From contig NMRA01000045.1 of assembly GCA_002633005.1 (NCBI GenBank), forward strand, positions 561,627 through 625,626: DNA of 64,000 nucleotides, in the 5' to 3' direction. Every line of letters starts with the position of its first letter. Positions within the stretch are counted from its first letter, which is position 1. The notes beneath the pieces were generated by a model. The model had not been told where the DNA came from. It made no database searches and was given only the letters and a program-made list of their open reading frames with translations. The translations under genes were made by a program, and so were the position numbers. Shown here one piece after another: positions 1-11,623 of the stretch. This stretch comes from Phoronis australis (lineage: Eukaryota; Animalia; Phoronida).

Positions 1-797
1 AACGGCTCTATAATATTTTTATAAAGTTCTTTGAAACCAAATTCTTGAGCTTGTACTTTGAGTTCTAAAGTCAGTGAATGCTAACTTTTGGCACTTACCA
101 ACATAAATTTCTATGTATACTGAAATACAAGTATCCTTGATCATCTTGCTATAGTGTGACAACACAAAATATCAATACTACCTGTAAGGCAGTCAGTTCA
201 ATTGGGAGTTCCGACTTTGAATTTCGAGACATGGGTCTTTATAATTAGGTAAGTAAGAAAATCTGCTGAAGGAGGCCAGTGGGACAGAAACGCAAACAAA
301 ATGATATTGCAAATTTTCTTCAATTTACTAATTGCCTTGTAGCAAAAATTCAGACTTTCTTGAGGTGGCAGCTCTCAATTTTGCTTCATATTAACAACAC
401 AATAAGACAAAAATTAACAACTAGTAGGCATGTTAACTAAATCCTTATAGACATTACTTTATGTAACGTACATAATTACTAAGTGCTTCTTTGTTCTTCA
501 TAGTAAAACCAGTTTATCTTAATGTCTTATATTCACAGGAAGGTTTGTTAATTAAGATGGCCATTATTTGTGTCTGTGTTATGTAAGTAGATTGAATCAT
601 TACTTGTTGTAAAGTAACGATCAGTTGACGATCTTACTGAACTTCTACTTGTAGAACATGAACTGTATTTGTCTTGGTACTGTTTCATATTTATCGTTGT
701 TGGCGCCTGCAGGGCATTGATTGCTGTTTTATGAGATGCAGATTGTTAAATTGATGCTGTAAGGGGTATTTTTTGATAAATCTCGTGTCTTTCCCCA

Positions 798-1310
798 AGT
801 CAGTCAGTGGGTCCGTCTGTCAGTCCATTTGTTAGACAGTCAGAGTGTCAGTTCGTCTATCAGTAATAGTCCGTTAGTCCATCTTGTAGTCATTCAGACT
901 GTCAATCTGTCAACTCTGTTAGTAACAGTCTGTTAATCCATCTGTTAGTCAGTTAAAGGTCAGTCCATCAGCTCTGTTAGTAACAGTCCGTTAGTCCATC
1001 AGTCATTCATACTGTCAGTCCGGCAGCTCTGTTAGTAACAATCTGTAAATCCATCTGTTAGTTAGTTAAAGCGTCTGTCAGTCTGTCAGTATTAGTCCAT
1101 CAGTCCATCTGTTAGTCCATCAGAGTGTTAGCCCCTCTGTCAGTAATAGTCCGTCAGTCCATTTGACAGTCAGTTAGTCCGTCAGTGTGTCGGTCAGTCA
1201 GTCAGTCAGTTTGTCTGCCAGTGTGTTAGTCTGTTAGTCATTCTGTTGGACTGCCAGTCAGTCCGTCAGTCAGTGAGTCCACCAGTCCATTTATCTGTCA
1301 GTTGGTATGG
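798..1310. repeat. Degenerate low-complexity (GTCA/GTCC/GTCT/GTTA)n tract
   Basis: Recurring gtcagtc, gtccatctgttagt and gtccgtc units over about 500 bp. Confidence 0.85.
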
Positions 1311-1439
1311 GTCTGTTATTCTTCTAGTCATTCCTTCTCCCTTTATTTGTTGTATATTCTTCAAATTTTGTCTACAGGAGGACTTGCCACTTAAATTACT
1401 CCTACATATAAGAGCGCAAATAGGATGCTTCTTGTTTGA

Positions 1440-1790
1440 AGTGGCTAAAGTGCCTTTTCGTCAGAGGTCCATTGTGTTTTCTCATGAAAATTCTATCCTA
1501 AGCTTTGTATGAGCAGTATGTTAATTGTAAACCACCATATTGTGACACTTGGGCATGCGTCATACTTGGTGATAAAACTTTTTGCACGATTTGTTTGCAG
1601 CGAATATACCATTACTGTTAATGAGGTCTCAGGCAGACCAATTGATGGTGTCGCTACATATAGTCGATCCACCATTAAATTTCAGCATCAGTTGAGATTA
1701 CTCACAAACAGTGCATTGCAGTGCCAGTTCGCAAGTGTATAGCAAGTATTGGACGATAGCTTATTCAGATATACTCTGCGTCTTGTTGTT
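1440..1790 (-). pseudogene. Highly decayed Helitron/Helentron Rep-like coding relic
   Basis: Minus-strand frameshifted pieces read ISTDAEI ... DLINSNGIFAA ... NRAKSFITKY ... SQYGGLQLTYCSYK/LRIEF ... RKGT. The order resembles Rep motifs (TDEEI..LI..DPV..AR.F..R...F ... G.V..Y.YRIEFQ.RG..H). Judged by eye only. Confidence 0.4.
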
Positions 1791-4716
1791 TCCGGTCAAA
1801 TCTAAAAACCAAACTCTGAGTATTTAAATTGTCCATTATGTAAATTGTGACTGCAGTCCGTGCCTGTTTAGTTTCTTTGGTGTAAACTTACTGAAATGCA
1901 GGTAAAGGTGTTAGAAATCAATATCGTGTAATTTTGCTATTTGCAGTTGATGGCATGGTTGCAACTCCACTGAACCGTACTGGAAACAATTGATCGAAAG
2001 CCATTTAAAGGATTGAGAGAGCATTTTAAAGGTATTGTCTTAGAATGTTGTCCCCTTGAATGCTGTTTTGTCAGTCCTTAATTTGCCGGTGAGATTGCAT
2101 GTCACATCGCTATTAGTGAGGAACGCTGGCAAGGCTAATTTTGCTGACAGTTTACCTATAACTGGATGGCAGTAGTGCTTGGTTTTGTCATGTTTCTATG
2201 GCAGCCACTCATTACACCTGGTGAAGATCTCATTACCAACTCAGTACCTACTTCATTGATGAAATCACTCTGCACTAATTTTTGCTGTCTCCTGAAGTAC
2301 AGGAGCTAATCGTGCTGAAGTAAAGATTGGTGCGGTGAAATCTTACCAATTTCAGACAAAAGCAATTACCACAAATTTGTTCCATTTCACGCTTTAAAAC
2401 CTAACAGTATTGAGATTGCTCATAATTTCTGTGACATATTGATGGGTGTAGCTTTGCTGATCTTGAAAATAGATTATGCTTTTCATGAATGAAAAAATGA
2501 AATAATAAAATTTCCATGTCTGTCATTCTGTCCTAAATAGGTGATATGATATGGTGTGAGTTGGTTGCTTATTGATATGTCCTTGTGTCTATGCTCACGG
2601 GAGACTGAAAATCTTATAGAATTTCATTTTCAAGCTGAGTTTTATCTGATTCCGTACAACTTGAAAAGCTCTGTTACTTTAATCTTTTAATGATTTTTTA
2701 CGGTATAGGCAGATATATAAGCCATGTGCCTATATTGGAAGTGACAAAGTGATTTTTACAAATGACGCTTCCACCTAAGTCTCTGTTATAGGCGCAGGTG
2801 GGTGTTCGTTGTACAGGCGCATGGCCTTTCTGTGGATTCATGCACAAACATTGTCCTTGACAAAAGCACAATATTTCTGTGTGCATTATAAATCTTTTGA
2901 GACATGGATTGACGGTGCATTTCCTAGATTATAACTGAAAAAGAATCACATTTTGTCAGAAGTCGTAAGCCTTTTCTCCTTTTTTCCTTTTTTAGTCCTC
3001 ATAGATTTTCTTCGGTTAAAGGTCCGCATAAGGAGAAATTCGAGCCCCCCTATATTTTAGGCTGGGTGCGTGCATGACTTGCATAATATTGTGTTACTTA
3101 CGCATAATGGGTAACAGTCCAGTTCAGTGACTTACTTGCAAAATTGATTTTTTATGTTTACATATTTCTAAAGTTTGAAAAAACTAATAGACAATGAATT
3201 GAACCAGACCCCAATAGTGTCTAATGTTTGGAAGGAAATTGTATAAATGTTAGATTGACTAAGGCCCGTAATTAACCTTCCCTGAGTAATAACAGTGAAA
3301 ATGCCAATAGTTTTTAACTGTAAAAAATGATGTTTAAAATTAAGTTGGACGTTAGTTGTACACACCCTGTGTCTAGGCGTACTATGCAATCCTATATCAT
3401 TTGCAAGCTTCTTCACCCCATTCCACGCCAAAATATCAGAGAATATTAAAAAACAAATAATTGGAGTGTGCCTATATCTGGAGCTTTGTTTTCAAGCATT
3501 TCTGGTTTTACTCAAATGGTTTGTGTACAGGCCAGGGGTTTATCTATGCCTTCAAAAAAGTGGGTCCAAAATCGAAATTTCTCAGGGCATCCACAACCAA
3601 AAAATGCATGATTGTGTCAAATTGCGGTTATGATGTGAAAGGTAACTATGGAGACATGGGTTTGCAATCAGGTTTATTGTATCTTAAGTCATATATTAAA
3701 CCTGCAGTTCACCTTGAGTTGGTCTACCAACGCTACCCCAGGGGCGGGGTAGTGTTGGTAATCCCTATGGATAATGTGCCAGTTGATGTTATTGTCGGGA
3801 GCTTCCGATAGCCTTTGAAGGAAAATAATATGTTAAAAACCAATATGCCCAACAAGTTCAGACTGACCAATCAATAAATTTTGTCCTTTTTGATGTTCTT
3901 TGATCCTTTACCCTTGCAGTTATAATAAATTCAGTTCTATTACCAATAGTGAAATTTACTTGGCCACATGCCAAAAATACGTAACCCGTTCACAGCCACG
4001 TTTTCTTGCAGTCAATTTCAGTTTCTTTGTATATTGTTTAGTATACTTTATATTACACTTTAAGCCGGAGATGGCCAATACAACTGTTAAATAACCCTTT
4101 TTAGTTATTCAACAGGCATTGAATAACATTTTGGCGGGAAACCGTGGCCAATTTTGAACCCGCTTCGAAAGAGTTTCGAGTTGTCGACTTTACCACTGCA
4201 CCACTCAGCAGCTGACGTCATCGAACGTGAAAATAAAATACTTAAATGAGCACACGCAACAATCGCATGTTCAACAAATGGCATTGTAACGACATTTATA
4301 TGCTAAAAAAATAAGACCTACAATTTCAATAAAAACGACATCTTTAATTCAGTAAAATTTATGTGTCATTTTCTCTCACTTGTAAATCATCCATCTCCAG
4401 TTTGAATGCGAGTAACGTGTCGTTGGGTTCCTTTGACATTATACTCAGTAACCATTGGTAACCTACTTTAGCAGACGATATTTTTACAGTGGAAGCTTAG
4501 CATGAAAAGATGTGTAGTAAGCTAGACTAGTTGCTTAAGAATATTTTACAGATTCCTTTTATTTCTATTTTGTTACAATTTTTATTTGGTTTGAAGTGAA
4601 AACATCATTTTAACAAGAAAAACTCGGCATTTCTTAAAAGGCCATGACCCCCGACCACAGGCTTCTGACATAGAAAGTGGCTACAAAACCGGAGGCGAGT
4701 CAGTTCAGTATGTGGT

Positions 4717-4868
4717 AAAAATTGATTATTACATGTTCTCAGTTGTTATCGCCCTTATCTAGAGCCCTCGTGGATTTTGTAGAACGCCCCTCGGGCGATA
4801 ATTCTCCAAAATCCACTCGGGCTCTAGCTTACGCGGGATAATGACTTCACCATGTAATAATCTATTTT
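4717..4868. repeat. ~150-bp palindromic (hairpin) element
   Basis: Outer arms gattattacatg / catgtaataatc; inner arms tagagccctcgtggattttgtagaa / ttctccaaaatccactcgggctcta; central cgccc-ctc-gggcg. Confidence 0.85.
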
Positions 4869-5233
4869 TATTTTATTTATCAAAAAGTAAATCTCCATTA
4901 TAGCTCAGTCGCTTGTACACCTGTAGCATCCTCCGGCAACGCATTGTCTACGTTTCTACCTGTCTAGCTGTGACACTGTTGAATATTCTTAACTGAAGCG
5001 CTTCAGGGTTTAAAACTTTACCGTGCTCGTCCGTTCTTGATTTGTTGCCGAATGAGCCAGCTACACAAGTCTCAAGCAATGCACATTAAAATGTACCATT
5101 TTCAAATTCGCAATTTTAGCCTTGACCAACCCCAATAAACTCTGAAACATTTTCTTGAGTGGCTGATGGTTTCGATGTTATTGTTCGCAACTGAAATAGA
5201 ATTGGTAACAGAAATAGAATCAGTAACGGAAAT

Positions 5234-5410
5234 GGAATCCTATCATGATAAGGAATCCTATCTTGATAAGGAATACTATCATGATAAGGAATCCTATCAT
5301 GATAAGGAATACTATCATGATAAGGAATCCTATCATGATAAGGAATACTATCATGATAAGGAATCCTATCATGATAAGGAATACTATCATGATAAAGAAT
5401 ACTATTATGA
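5234..5410. repeat. 18-bp minisatellite GGAAT(C/A)CTATCATGATAA, about 10 copies with 36-bp higher-order alternation
   Basis: Units read directly; variant order C,C,A,C,A,C,A,C,A,A; most units hold the palindrome TATCATGATA. Confidence 0.97.
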
Positions 5411-7669
5411 GACTGATTATTTTTAGTAAAAGGCCTAATTCCATTTTCAGCGATTTAAACTGAGCTATATGCAGATTCAATTTAGTTTTTTGTTGTGGAC
5501 AGTGGGCAATGAACTCTCAGAGCTACTAATTAGCAAGTTGAAGGAGACCAAATTGAATGCTTTCTTAATTAGTTAACTCGGTCGTACAAAACAGGACATC
5601 CAAATGCTGAACAAAGTGCCCAAATTCAGGACATTTCACCCGAGGGTGTCTGAAGTTGAATCGGGGCGTCCATTTAGATGCTCTGGTCCTCTGCTCCACA
5701 ATGGCCTGATATGGGCACATGTGTCTAATTCCGAACATGGGCATAGCTTCGAATATAGTCGCATGAGCCTAAACGCGCATATATAGTAGGAATCATCCAT
5801 AATTATTGATATAATTGCCACATGCAGTGAGTGCCATCTTTTGTTTAAAAGGTTAATGTTTTGGAGTGGAACAATTTTGTTTTGTATATTTAAGTATGGC
5901 ATATTAGCTTCCTAATTACACATGATAATGGCATGCAGTTGATTGATTGGTTCCAAATTGAAGGTTTTGCCACCGCAACCGGCTTACTTGATTTACACAA
6001 GTGTGCGTCATCACCTTGACATAATTAGCACTTCATGGACCTTAAGTTCCGCAAAACATCAGTGTAAATCATGCGTGTTGAGAAGATAATCAAAATTTCT
6101 GGAAGAAATATTTTTGCGTTCACTTTTGAAATTGCAGAATGTTTCTGTATGATCTCCTTGGCTTACTTGATATTCCGAACCGCGAAAGACTTTGATTATG
6201 TCTCAGGTCAGTAGAGGTAAACTCAAAATGTTCACTTCTCGAGTGCTCCGGATTAGGATATTGCATACTATAGGACACATCCAGAAGCTTATGTACGAGT
6301 GTTTGAATGGCATTTACTGGTGAAGCCCTATTTAAGGTTTGTACTTCAGTTATTTCCAACAAAAATGATATTGCCAATATCAGTTTTCATTGACTATTTA
6401 AGGCTGTGCTGCTAAAAAGCAAAACTTCACCAGGAGTTGATTTATGGTGAGGGTAATGTCTAAACAATACTTATCATGAAAATGAACCTCCTTGATCTCA
6501 ACTGTTTGGGACCTGGCGCGCTAGTGAATTTTTCTGATTTTTTCAGAAAAAATACACAGCAACAAATTAATACTTTTTATATTCAAGTTTTCTGCGATAC
6601 CTATCATCGTATAATGTTTAATGTTACAAGACTTTGAAAAATGAAAAAGGACACTTTGGCAAACATTCCTAAATTGCTGGGATTTTGCCGTACTGTGTGT
6701 CTGAGATTGTTGGCAATTTCTTCTGCCATGAGAATTACTTTTTTGCATAAATATGTTTACTTTCCATTGTTTATTCATAGCTTTTGCCAAACAGGGATTA
6801 ACAGATTGTAGGTTCGTACTAAACAGCATTGAAAAAATCCCCGCTGAGGAAGGAAATGATACACATCTACTGTGTCTGGTCTGTTGGTCGCAGCTCTATG
6901 GCCATTCCTAAAGTGGAGTAAACGTTGGGCTCTGTCACTTGTGGGTGGCTCAGCTGTGATAATCAGGGATTTGCTTGGTGTTTGATCTGTTTGCGCTATA
7001 TAGCTAGATAGATTCAGTTTCCAGAACTTGTACATAGGTTCAGAGTCGCGTACAAGGTGAGTGTTGTTATTGATGAACCTGTTTCAAGCTCATCATTTGG
7101 TAGTGATGTCATTAGTGTTGTGTCTACTTTACATAATATGTTGTTGGTGGGTAGTGCTGATTAAAGGATTCTCTGTTGAGGATATGATTCAGAGAACTTT
7201 GATTATTAGACGAGAAATCATTCCAAGGTACTGCTGTTGGATTTTTTGTCGTGACTATGAATATTCATAAAATGGTGATATGTATGGAAGTACTGTACTA
7301 TGCATGCAAGATTACTTCGTTTTCTGCTGATGTGAGACAGTTGATATCTGTTAGCACTATAATCATATTGACTGTTGATCTTGTTGACCACACCCATGTT
7401 ATTTCATCACACTAATTGTTAAGGCTTTGTAATTTGTGGTATGTTTATTTGGACTTCACCTGAGGATAATTGTATTATAGGTAGAAACACAGAAACATTA
7501 TGTGGTAATCGAAGCTTTTAATTTCACATGAAATATTGTTTTCAAACTAAGCCCATATGAAGCCATATTCCAATGGAGAAGTCTTAAGAAGTCAGCAGGC
7601 TGACTTAATTAGCTGTCTAAAAACTTACTTGAGTAGGAGTAAATAAGGTTAGGATTTCAGAATCTCTAA

Positions 7670-8188
7670 GGCCGCTTTCCCATTGGGGGAATTTCAGTTC
7701 ACTGAAGCTTCGGTGAAACTTCACTTTCCTTTCTAACTAGACAGTGATGTCGAAGTGATCGCTGTGACACCAGACAACGCAGTTCATTCGTACTCTCAAA
7801 CTATTATTGAGTAGTGGGTTTGAGGCTAACTGGAAATTGTTCTGCTATTTACCAGTGTTTATGAAAATGATCAGCATCCTTCTTCATCAGATATGCTTTA
7901 TTTATTTATTTACGTTTTCGTCTATTTAGAGCATGTCGGCTATGCTACAATAACAAAGCACACGTTTTGCGAGTCTCGCGTGATTCTATATCGTTGCTGC
8001 GACATCTACTGATAACTTCTCGAAGCTTCGCTTTGACTGTTTCCACTACGCCAAACTAGCGATACTTTACTTTTAAATCCTACTATTTTAAGGGAAGTTT
8101 CACTTTTAGATTAACTACTGGAGTTAACGTTTCCCACTTACTGAAACTTTGGTAAAAGAAAAGTTCCGCCTCTAATGGGAAAGCGACT
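7670..8188. mobile_element. PIF/Harbinger (Tourist-like) MITE, 519 bp
   Basis: TAA|GGCCGCTTTCCCATT ... AATGGGAAAGCGACT|TAA: 15-bp imperfect TIR with 3-bp TAA TSD (7667-7669, 8189-8191). Confidence 0.8.
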
Positions 8189-8342
8189 TAAGGGTAGAAC
8201 TCCCTGCAAAAAAGCATAGTTTCTAAGCAGGAAATTTGCTATGGTAAAATCTTACCAATTTAGGACACTATATGAAGAACAAGAAAATATTTTCTCATTA
8301 TTTTCCCAAAAGCTATATGTAACACCAAGTCAGTGTGTTACA

Positions 8343-8438
8343 TATGAATATGTCAATCTCCATACTGCGTGAAAAATATGTTGCAAACATTTTAAGTCTG
8401 GTCAGCATGCCATCTGTTGGCTCTATCATATGACCTAA
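8343..8438 (-). repeat. Fragment homologous to the SINE body at 63857-63952
   Basis: Shared aaaatatgttgcaaacattttaagtct.gtca.ca.gccatctgttggc...atca..tgacctaa; no tRNA-like head is visible here. Confidence 0.85.
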
Positions 8439-9326
8439 AGTGTTGCATGTTTTCCAATTTGGCAAAGTGGTATAGAGCACCTGAAAATATCTTGGAAAGG
8501 GTTGAGTTTTCTTATTATTTTGGTCGATGGGTAAATTGTTATGAGTTGAAATATTAACACTGAATTGATTATACAGGTCACTAGCGCCACCCTTTGGTAT
8601 GGATAACTTAGGGGATTAAAGAGTTCCCACCAGGCATTTTCTTACTTTTTCAGGTTTCAGTTAGCTGATATGAATCGAATACCATAAAATCTTGCTAAAT
8701 AGGCACTTTTTATGCTAAATAGTGGCAACTTTTTTAATTTTGAAGAAAAATTACTTATTTCTAAGTTTCCCGCCAAATGATACAATGGGTGGAAGACGGT
8801 TGGCCGCTTGACAATCATTTGCAATGTCGGAACACTGCAGGTCAGAAGACAATGACAATATTAGGCGAGAATTGGACAATTATTATGTAGACAGAGAGGA
8901 GAGTGGATACGGGCACTTATACTCAAGTACTTGAAGAATCAGACAATGAATTCGATTTCCCATTTAGCGAACTTTCGTCGGGTTTCAGGCCGTATGAACT
9001 CGACCCACTTGCACGAGAAATGACATATGTGAGCCACAACCAACTCTACCAAGTGGTGGTCACTACTCACAAAATAGACACTTAATAATTACTGACAAAG
9101 GCCACAGCCAACCTGGGTTACTCGTATTCACTATTGCCGTGATGGAATGAGCACAGTCTAAACACAATATGCATAAGCCTACTTGTAGTAGCACTCGATC
9201 TGGGTCGGGGTCCAGGGCCTGGCATCACTCGCCCTAGAATGGAAGCAGTTTGTTCGTTATTTACAAAATTTGCAAATGCACTTACTTGGTGGTGAGTCCT
9301 TCATTGTAACGCCGCTTATGTGTGTG

Positions 9327-9589
9327 GTCGAAACACGATTCTTTGAAATGTGCCGATCAAAGTGTGGCTTACGCCAAACTGAATCTCATGTTCCACACTG
9401 ACACTCCACACTCTTGTTCGGCGCACAATCATGGGTGGCGCAGCACTGAAAAAAGTGGGGCTAAACCCCCCCCAGCCCTCCTGTGTTGCACCACCTATAG
9501 ACCATGGGCGGCTTAGCCCTGACAAAGTGGGGGGCTATAGCCCTACCCTAGGCCCCTATGGTGCGCCGCCCATGACAAACCGATGCCAT
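9327..9589 (-). pseudogene. THAP-domain relic of Kolobok transposase, interrupted by a MITE
   Basis: aaaATGGCA start (9589) giving MASVC.., then L*SAHFKESCFD (9362-9327), matching THAP LCSxHFxxxCF with Cys changed to TGA. Confidence 0.6.
9430..9574. mobile_element. GC-rich short MITE (apparent tandem pair of ~70-bp units) nested in the Kolobok
   Basis: TIR CATGGGTGGCGCA / TGCGCCGCCCATG; second internal CATGGGCGGC start; imperfect flanks ACAAT/ACAAA. Confidence 0.7.
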
Positions 9590-10346
9590 TTTTGTGCAAC
9601 TTTCACGTATTTAGGAAATTTGAACACTAAGACGTTCACAGTCAAATTGTTGTTACCACAGTTTCCACAAACGCACCTTTTCCTGTCTGAAAAAGACGGC
9701 TCCACGCGGACTTTCTTCACAACTCCTCAGTATCGCACTGGTAAAACAACAACGGCTGAGGCGGTCTTCCACCCATTGCGTACAAACTCGATAACAGAAA
9801 ATATATTTTTAAAATTTTTAGATTGTTTTGTAGCAACAGGTGTACTAAAGGCTATTAAATCTGTTAAGATGTAATAATAAAATTCCTTTTTGAGACACAG
9901 GGTCATGGTGGGAACTCTTTAAAGGAAAATAGTTAGCTGTACATAATATCTGGATATCATGATTGAACACTAAAATTACACACATTTGTGCCGGGCAAAA
10001 TGAGAAAGGCATTACCTGGAGGTCACGTGATTCAACAGTCAGGTTGATGGTCGTTTGCCTCAAAGGTTTTTTGCGAAAACAACAGCGAAATACAAACTCA
10101 TTAATGTAAAGCTTTCGAAGTATTTTTTGGTGAAAAGCTTGGAACAGATGTTGATGTGTTGTCTTAAATAAAATGTGTGAAATTCTCTTCAAATGTAACT
10201 TGAAATAGGGTGTCAACCTTTTCATTTCTCTGAAAATTTCTTTTCCAGAAGTTCTGCGGTGTAAGCTGCGAATAGATGTAACGAAGAACGTCTTGTAAAT
10301 CATCTGTGTATGCAAAAAGGAGGTATGGAAAGGGTTTGTCTATGCA

Positions 10347-10724
10347 CAGGGTGTTCCAAAATGTGCTCACGCTTCAACGGTATTGGTTATTAACTCGAGA
10401 ACAAGATTGCTGGTTTAAACTGCTAAAAAGGTGATCAAGGAGGACCTTAAATGCCTTGTTTATTAACTTGGAAAGACGATTTATAAATTGTCTTTGCTCT
10501 TCCTCGATATTTTTGAGTTTCTCTTGACAATGAATTTTTATTCTCCAAAACTGAGTCGTTTGTTTGCCATTCTCGTGTTTACAGATCAGGTGACGGCTCA
10601 CATGCCTACTTTCACGGCGTGGTGTAAACCTTTGGTAGGCCCAGGCCCAGAGTCGATGCATGGGAACCAAATTTGAACTCCTTGCGTTGTACCAAAGTCT
10701 GAGTACATTTTTGGACACACCCTG
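10347..10724. mobile_element. Tc1/mariner-type MITE, copy A
   Basis: CAGGGTGTTCCAAAATGTGCTCA ... TGAGTACATTTTTGGACACACCCTG|TA; homologous to 36275-36663. Confidence 0.8.
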
Positions 10725-11504
10725 TATTAGCTGCACATAACTGGATCACAGGGCTCATGATTTTGGAGAACAGGTCATAAAACACAATATCTGAATGCTT
10801 CATTTCAATCCGATCAGCAGTTTCTGAACCATAATGACGGCCAATTCTGTTAACAGTTCCTATGACTGGTAATACCTAGCATGACAGCAAAATTCTACAT
10901 TAGATCTAACTTTTAGTTTGTAGAAAAAAGTATTTGAAGCTCAAATAAACCCTGTGCGTGGACATGTACAAAGTGCTACAGTTGCGTTCTCTAATTGAAC
11001 CGTGAGCTCAGCGTTATGGAAGTAACAATTCTATCAAATTGTCACTAATGGCACCCTTTTCGTAGAAAATTTCCTTACCAGGAAGAGGCATCTGAGCATG
11101 TGCAAGCATGTGGTAGCTAGCACCCATCCACCTAATATATGGATCCTGCCAACAATCGTTCACTTCCACTTGTCTCTTGGTAATCTGAATTGGACTTTTC
11201 GGTCACGTTTTCAAATTCTAAAACATGTAAAATTTTCCACAGTGCTTGACTACTCTGCGGATTAAACCTACGTATGCCGTAGGGTTGTGACCTCTGAGTG
11301 TGAATACCTGATTTTTGCCGGTGAGGCCACGACCAATAAAATAACTGCAGTTTCATATTGAAATACGCTCGGCTAAAGTCAGATCTATAAAAATGTACTC
11401 GCATTGTTTGCAGACCTGTGTGAATCTATAGCTCACAAACTTTGCATGGCTTTTGCATGCAGGTGTCTGTAACACAACTATAGTTTTGAAGACCAAGGAG
11501 TTAA

Positions 11505-11623
11505 ATGTGCCTTTGCTGTGTGGACGTGTCTATGTGCCTTTGCTGTGTGGACGTGTCTATGTGCCTTTGCTGTGTGGACGTGTCTATGTGCCTTTGCTGT
11601 GTGGACGTGTCCATGTGTCTTTG
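11505..11623. repeat. 27-bp minisatellite ATGTGCCTTTGCTGTGTGGACGTGTCT x4.4
   Basis: Near-perfect tandem copies read directly. Confidence 0.97.

Larger units (their letters stand above)
8620..9918. mobile_element. Non-autonomous Kolobok-type DNA transposon, 1299 bp
   Basis: TTAA|AGAGTTCCCACCA ... TGGTGGGAACTCT|TTAA: perfect 13-bp TIR, TTAA TSD (8616-8619, 9919-9922), purine-purine start. Internal THAP-like relic on - and acidic PYxxxP relic on +. Confidence 0.85.

Noticed and set aside
5166-5480. Three ORFs with repetitive peptides (YHDKES, MIRNPI, IMIGFL) and a CRISPR-like look
   Set aside because: All are translations of the 18-bp minisatellite. Units abut with no unique spacers, there are no cas genes and the context is eukaryotic.
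9431-9874. 147-aa ORF
   Set aside because: Starts inside a GC-rich MITE and runs antisense across the Kolobok THAP start.
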